Shown here in pieces: positions 61,165 through 64,000 of a DNA stretch of 64,000 bases. The position numbers were made by a program, and so were the translations under genes. Source of the stretch: an uncultured Lachnospiraceae bacterium (GTDB taxonomy: Bacteria; Bacillota; Clostridia; Lachnospirales; Lachnospiraceae); contig CAJULA010000008.1 in the NCBI GenBank assembly GCA_910587155.1, forward strand, positions 32,343-96,342. Reading direction: 5' to 3'. Under the pieces are notes generated by a model. It saw only the letters and a list, made by a program, of their open reading frames with translations, was not told the DNA's origin and ran no database searches. Numbering within the stretch: the first letter of the stretch is position 1; each line of letters begins with the position of its first letter.

Positions 61165-63099
61165 ATGGGAGAGACAAAGTTGAACAACGGATTTTTGCCC
61201 GTGACAGCAAAAGAGATGAAGGCCCGGGGATGGGATGGCGTGGATTTTGTCTATGTATCCGGAGATGCCTATGTGGATCATCCCTCCTTTGGTCATGCGA
61301 TCATTACCAGACTGCTGGAGGCGCATGGCTATCGGGTGGGGATGATCGCGCAGCCCGACTGGAAAGATCCGGAGAGTGTGGCAGTATTTGGCAGACCGGC
61401 GCTGGGCTTTCTTGTAAGCGCCGGCAATATGGATTCCATGGTCAATCACTACTATGTATCCGGCAGGCGGCGGGAGAGCGACGCCTACAGCCCCGGCGGA
61501 CAGACGGGCAGACGGCCCGATCATGCGGCGGTGGTCTATGGCAATCTGATCCGCCGCAGATATGGAGACGTTCCGGTGATCCTGGGCGGTATAGAAGCCA
61601 GCCTGCGGCGGCTGGCACATTATGATTACTGGTCCGATACACTCAAGCGTTCCATTTTGCTGGATTCTCAGGCGGATCTGATTTCTTACGGCATGGGTGA
61701 GCGTTCCATTCTCGCCATAGCCGAAGCGCTCAAAAGCGGGCTGTCCGTGCGGGATCTTGTTTTTATCCCCGGAACCGTATACCGGACAAGGGACATATCC
61801 GGTATCTGCGAAAGTATTCTGCTGCCTTCCTTTGTGCAGATGCAAAGGGAAAAACGGGCGTATGCGGAGAGTTTTCTGATTCAGTACGAAAATACCGACC
61901 CGTATACCGGGCATACTTTGCTGGAAGAATATCCGGATGGTGTCTATGTGGTACAGAATCCGCCGTCCCTGCCCCTTACCATGCAGGAGATGGATGACAT
62001 CTACGAATTTCCTTATATGCGCGCCTGCCATCCTTCCTATGAGAGCGCCGGCGGTGTTCCGGCGATCCGGGAGATCAGGTTTTCTCTGACAAGCTGCCGG
62101 GGATGTTTTGGCGGCTGCAGCTTCTGTGCGCTGACCTTTCATCAGGGAAGAATCATACAGGCCAGAAGCCATGATTCTCTGTGCCGGGAAGCGGAGATTA
62201 TGATAAGGGATCCTGAATTCAAGGGGTATCTTCACGATGTGGGCGGTCCCACAGCCAATTTCCGTGCTCCGTCCTGTGAAAAGCAGCTCGTAACGGGCGT
62301 CTGCAAAAACAGACAGTGTCTGTACCCGTCCGTCTGTCCCGGCCTTACGGCGGATCACAGCGATTATCTGGCGCTGCTGCGGCGGCTGCGTGCACTGCCG
62401 GGTGTGAAAAAAGTCTTTATCCGCTCCGGGATACGCTTTGACTACCTGATGGCCGATGCGGATGACACTTTTTTCCGGGAACTGGTGGAGCATCATATCA
62501 GTGGTCAGCTCAAGGTGGCGCCGGAGCATATTGCAGATGTTGTCCTTGCACGAATGGGCAAGCCGCGGCACAAGGTATACGAAGCTTTTGCGGCCAAATA
62601 CCAAAAGCTGAACGGTCAGCTGGGAAAAAAGCAGTTTCTCGTACCCTATCTTATGTCTTCGCATCCGGGTTCCACCCTGAAAGAGGCCATAGCGCTGGCG
62701 GAATATCTGCGGGATCAGAGGCAGTCGCCGGAGCAGGTACAGGATTTCTACCCCACGCCGTCCACGCTCTCCACGGTCATGTATTATACGGGCATTGATC
62801 CCAGAAACGGACAGCATGTGTATGTCTGCAAAAATCCTCATGAGAAAGCCATGCAGCGGGCACTGATCCAGTACCGGGATCCGAAAAACAGGGCGCTGGT
62901 ACGGGAAGCTCTGACACTGGCGGGACGCAGAGATCTCATCGGTTTTGGCCCTGCCTGCCTGATCCGTCCCGGGAAAAACGAGCAGGGGCAGGAGCACAGG
63001 CCGGATGAGAAAAATACTCCGGACAAAAAGCGGAGGCATAAAAAGAAAAAAACAATCCGCAACATCCATAAAAAAAGAAAGCAAGGAGACAGTGTATGA
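61165..63099 (+). CDS. ygiQ: YgiQ-family radical SAM protein (UPF0313)
   Basis: LPVTAKEMKARGWDGVDFVYVSGDAYVDHPSFG, a CRGCFGGCSFC cluster, and a basic C-terminal tail. The start could instead be the TTG at 61180. Confidence 0.9.
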   Translation: MGETKLNNGFLPVTAKEMKARGWDGVDFVYVSGDAYVDHPSFGHAIITRLLEAHGYRVGMIAQPDWKDPESVAVFGRPALGFLVSAGNMDSMVNHYYVSGRRRESDAYSPGGQTGRRPDHAAVVYGNLIRRRYGDVPVILGGIEASLRRLAHYDYWSDTLKRSILLDSQADLISYGMGERSILAIAEALKSGLSVRDLVFIPGTVYRTRDISGICESILLPSFVQMQREKRAYAESFLIQYENTDPYTGHTLLEEYPDGVYVVQNPPSLPLTMQEMDDIYEFPYMRACHPSYESAGGVPAIREIRFSLTSCRGCFGGCSFCALTFHQGRIIQARSHDSLCREAEIMIRDPEFKGYLHDVGGPTANFRAPSCEKQLVTGVCKNRQCLYPSVCPGLTADHSDYLALLRRLRALPGVKKVFIRSGIRFDYLMADADDTFFRELVEHHISGQLKVAPEHIADVVLARMGKPRHKVYEAFAAKYQKLNGQLGKKQFLVPYLMSSHPGSTLKEAIALAEYLRDQRQSPEQVQDFYPTPSTLSTVMYYTGIDPRNGQHVYVCKNPHEKAMQRALIQYRDPKNRALVREALTLAGRRDLIGFGPACLIRPGKNEQGQEHRPDEKNTPDKKRRHKKKKTIRNIHKKRKQGDSV

Positions 63100-63872
63100 A
63101 TATCATCATCATTACCGGCGCATCCTCCGGACTTGGAGAAGAATTTGCGCGGCAGTTGGACAGGCTGTTTACTCATATGGATGAAATCTGGCTGATTGCC
63201 AGAAGAAAAGAACGGATGGAAGAGATAAGCAGAGGGCTTACCATGCGCTGCCGCCCGATCGGTCTTGATCTGACCGATCCCGGCGATATGGAGCGTCTGC
63301 ACGGGATGCTTAAAGAAAAAGCACCGGTTATCCGCATGCTGATAAACTGTGCCGGATTCGGCCTGATGGGACCGGTATCCGATATTCCGCTGCAGGAGCA
63401 GAAAGAAATGATACGCTTAAACTGTGTGGCGCTGACGGAGATGACCCATATGTGCCTGCCTTATATGCGCAGGAACAGCCGCATCATCCAGATGGCGTCC
63501 AGCGCGGCCTTTCTGCCGCAGGAAAATTTTGCGGTATATGCGGCGACCAAAGCCTATGTACTGAGCTTCTCCCAGGCACTGAACCAGGAACTGAAAAAGC
63601 AGGGAATCCGGGTGACCAGCGTCTGTCCCGGACCAGTGGACACGGCGTTTTTTACGATTGCCGAAAAATACGGAAAGACACTGGCTGTCAAGAAGCTGAC
63701 GATCGTGCCGCCGGACCGTGTGGTGAGGAAAGCCCTGCGGGATTGCCGCGCCGGAATCCCCCTTTCCGTCTGCAGTTTTCCCATACAGGCATTTCATGTA
63801 TTGTGCAAACTGCTTCCCCACGAGCTGATATTTTGTATGATGAGACTGCTTCAGGCAAAAAAGGATCGATAG
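63096..63872 (+). CDS. SDR-family oxidoreductase
   Basis: ATGA overlap with ygiQ. ITGASSGLG and YAATKAY motifs. Confidence 0.9.
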   Translation: MNIIIITGASSGLGEEFARQLDRLFTHMDEIWLIARRKERMEEISRGLTMRCRPIGLDLTDPGDMERLHGMLKEKAPVIRMLINCAGFGLMGPVSDIPLQEQKEMIRLNCVALTEMTHMCLPYMRRNSRIIQMASSAAFLPQENFAVYAATKAYVLSFSQALNQELKKQGIRVTSVCPGPVDTAFFTIAEKYGKTLAVKKLTIVPPDRVVRKALRDCRAGIPLSVCSFPIQAFHVLCKLLPHELIFCMMRLLQAKKDR

Positions 63873-63902
63873 CGTTTATCTATCAGGAAAGGCGGAAAGA
63901 CA

Positions 63903-64000
63903 ATGACAAAAGGCTGTTATGGCTATCTGACCCGGCAGAAAAAGAAAGAGATCATAAAGACTGTTTTGTTTTTTGCCCTTTCACTATCTGTGTTTGCCAT
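63903..64000 (+). CDS. 5' end of a membrane protein gene, truncated by the window edge
   Basis: The ATG follows AGGAAAGGCGGAAAG. MTKGCYGYLTRQKKKEIIKTVLFFALSLSVFA starts a TM helix. Only 32 codons are visible. Confidence 0.4.
   Translation, partial: MTKGCYGYLTRQKKKEIIKTVLFFALSLSVFA

Noticed and set aside
61020-61625. 201-aa + strand ORF bridging the HAD gene end and the ygiQ start
   Set aside because: It is out of frame with two recognisable genes. Its product is Arg/Gly-rich and typical of an off-frame read.
61138-63084. 648-aa minus-strand ORF, the longest in that region
   Set aside because: It is antisense to, and in the same codon register as, the ygiQ radical SAM gene, which has clear family motifs. 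Its product is Arg/His/Pro/Gln-rich with no motif and no RBS. It is a shadow ORF caused by avoidance of TTA/CTA/TCA in the sense gene.

Overview
This 64 kb window looks like chromosome from a Clostridia (Lachnospiraceae-like) Firmicute. That placement is inferred from gene content, sporulation genes and strong AGGAGG-type RBSs, and it is moderately GC-rich by eye. Nearly all genes are on the + strand, many with ATGA start/stop overlaps.

Gene order: glgB 3' end, mscS-family channel, a lone tRNA-Thr(CGU) on the minus strand, then a mixed block (CAP-domain protein, flavodoxin/ferredoxin, MerR regulator, threonine aldolase, lipoprotein, a frameshifted gene, Uma2 nuclease). Next come a NusG_II/Gx-transporter pair, ruvA-ruvB-zapA-U32-ftsW/rodA-PBP2, NUDIX, ytfI/ytfJ-like sporulation genes, and rpmB / asp23-yloV.

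An accessory insertion of about 7.8 kb then separates yloV from recG. It carries an XRE-S24 repressor, a stand-alone Spo0A_C protein, a zinc-ribbon/TM/LRR protein, a membrane YD-repeat protein, an HscC-like Hsp70 and a membrane J protein with HPE in place of HPD.

After recG-degV comes a roughly 16 kb anaerobic cobalamin cluster (cbiD to cobQ). It has two gene fusions, a degenerate cobU paralog, an opposite-strand zinc-ribbon membrane gene and an AT-rich in-frame insertion in cbiB. The window ends with a ParE/ParC-like type IIA topoisomerase pair, rsmD-coaD ... ylbJ, a pseudouridine synthase, a HAD hydrolase, ygiQ, an SDR and a truncated last gene.

No rRNA, CRISPR array, transposase or integrase was seen. 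The best candidate for an undescribed system is the yloV-recG island, especially the YD-repeat / Hsp70 / J-protein operon. All functional calls rest on motif recognition in the translated ORFs, with no database search.
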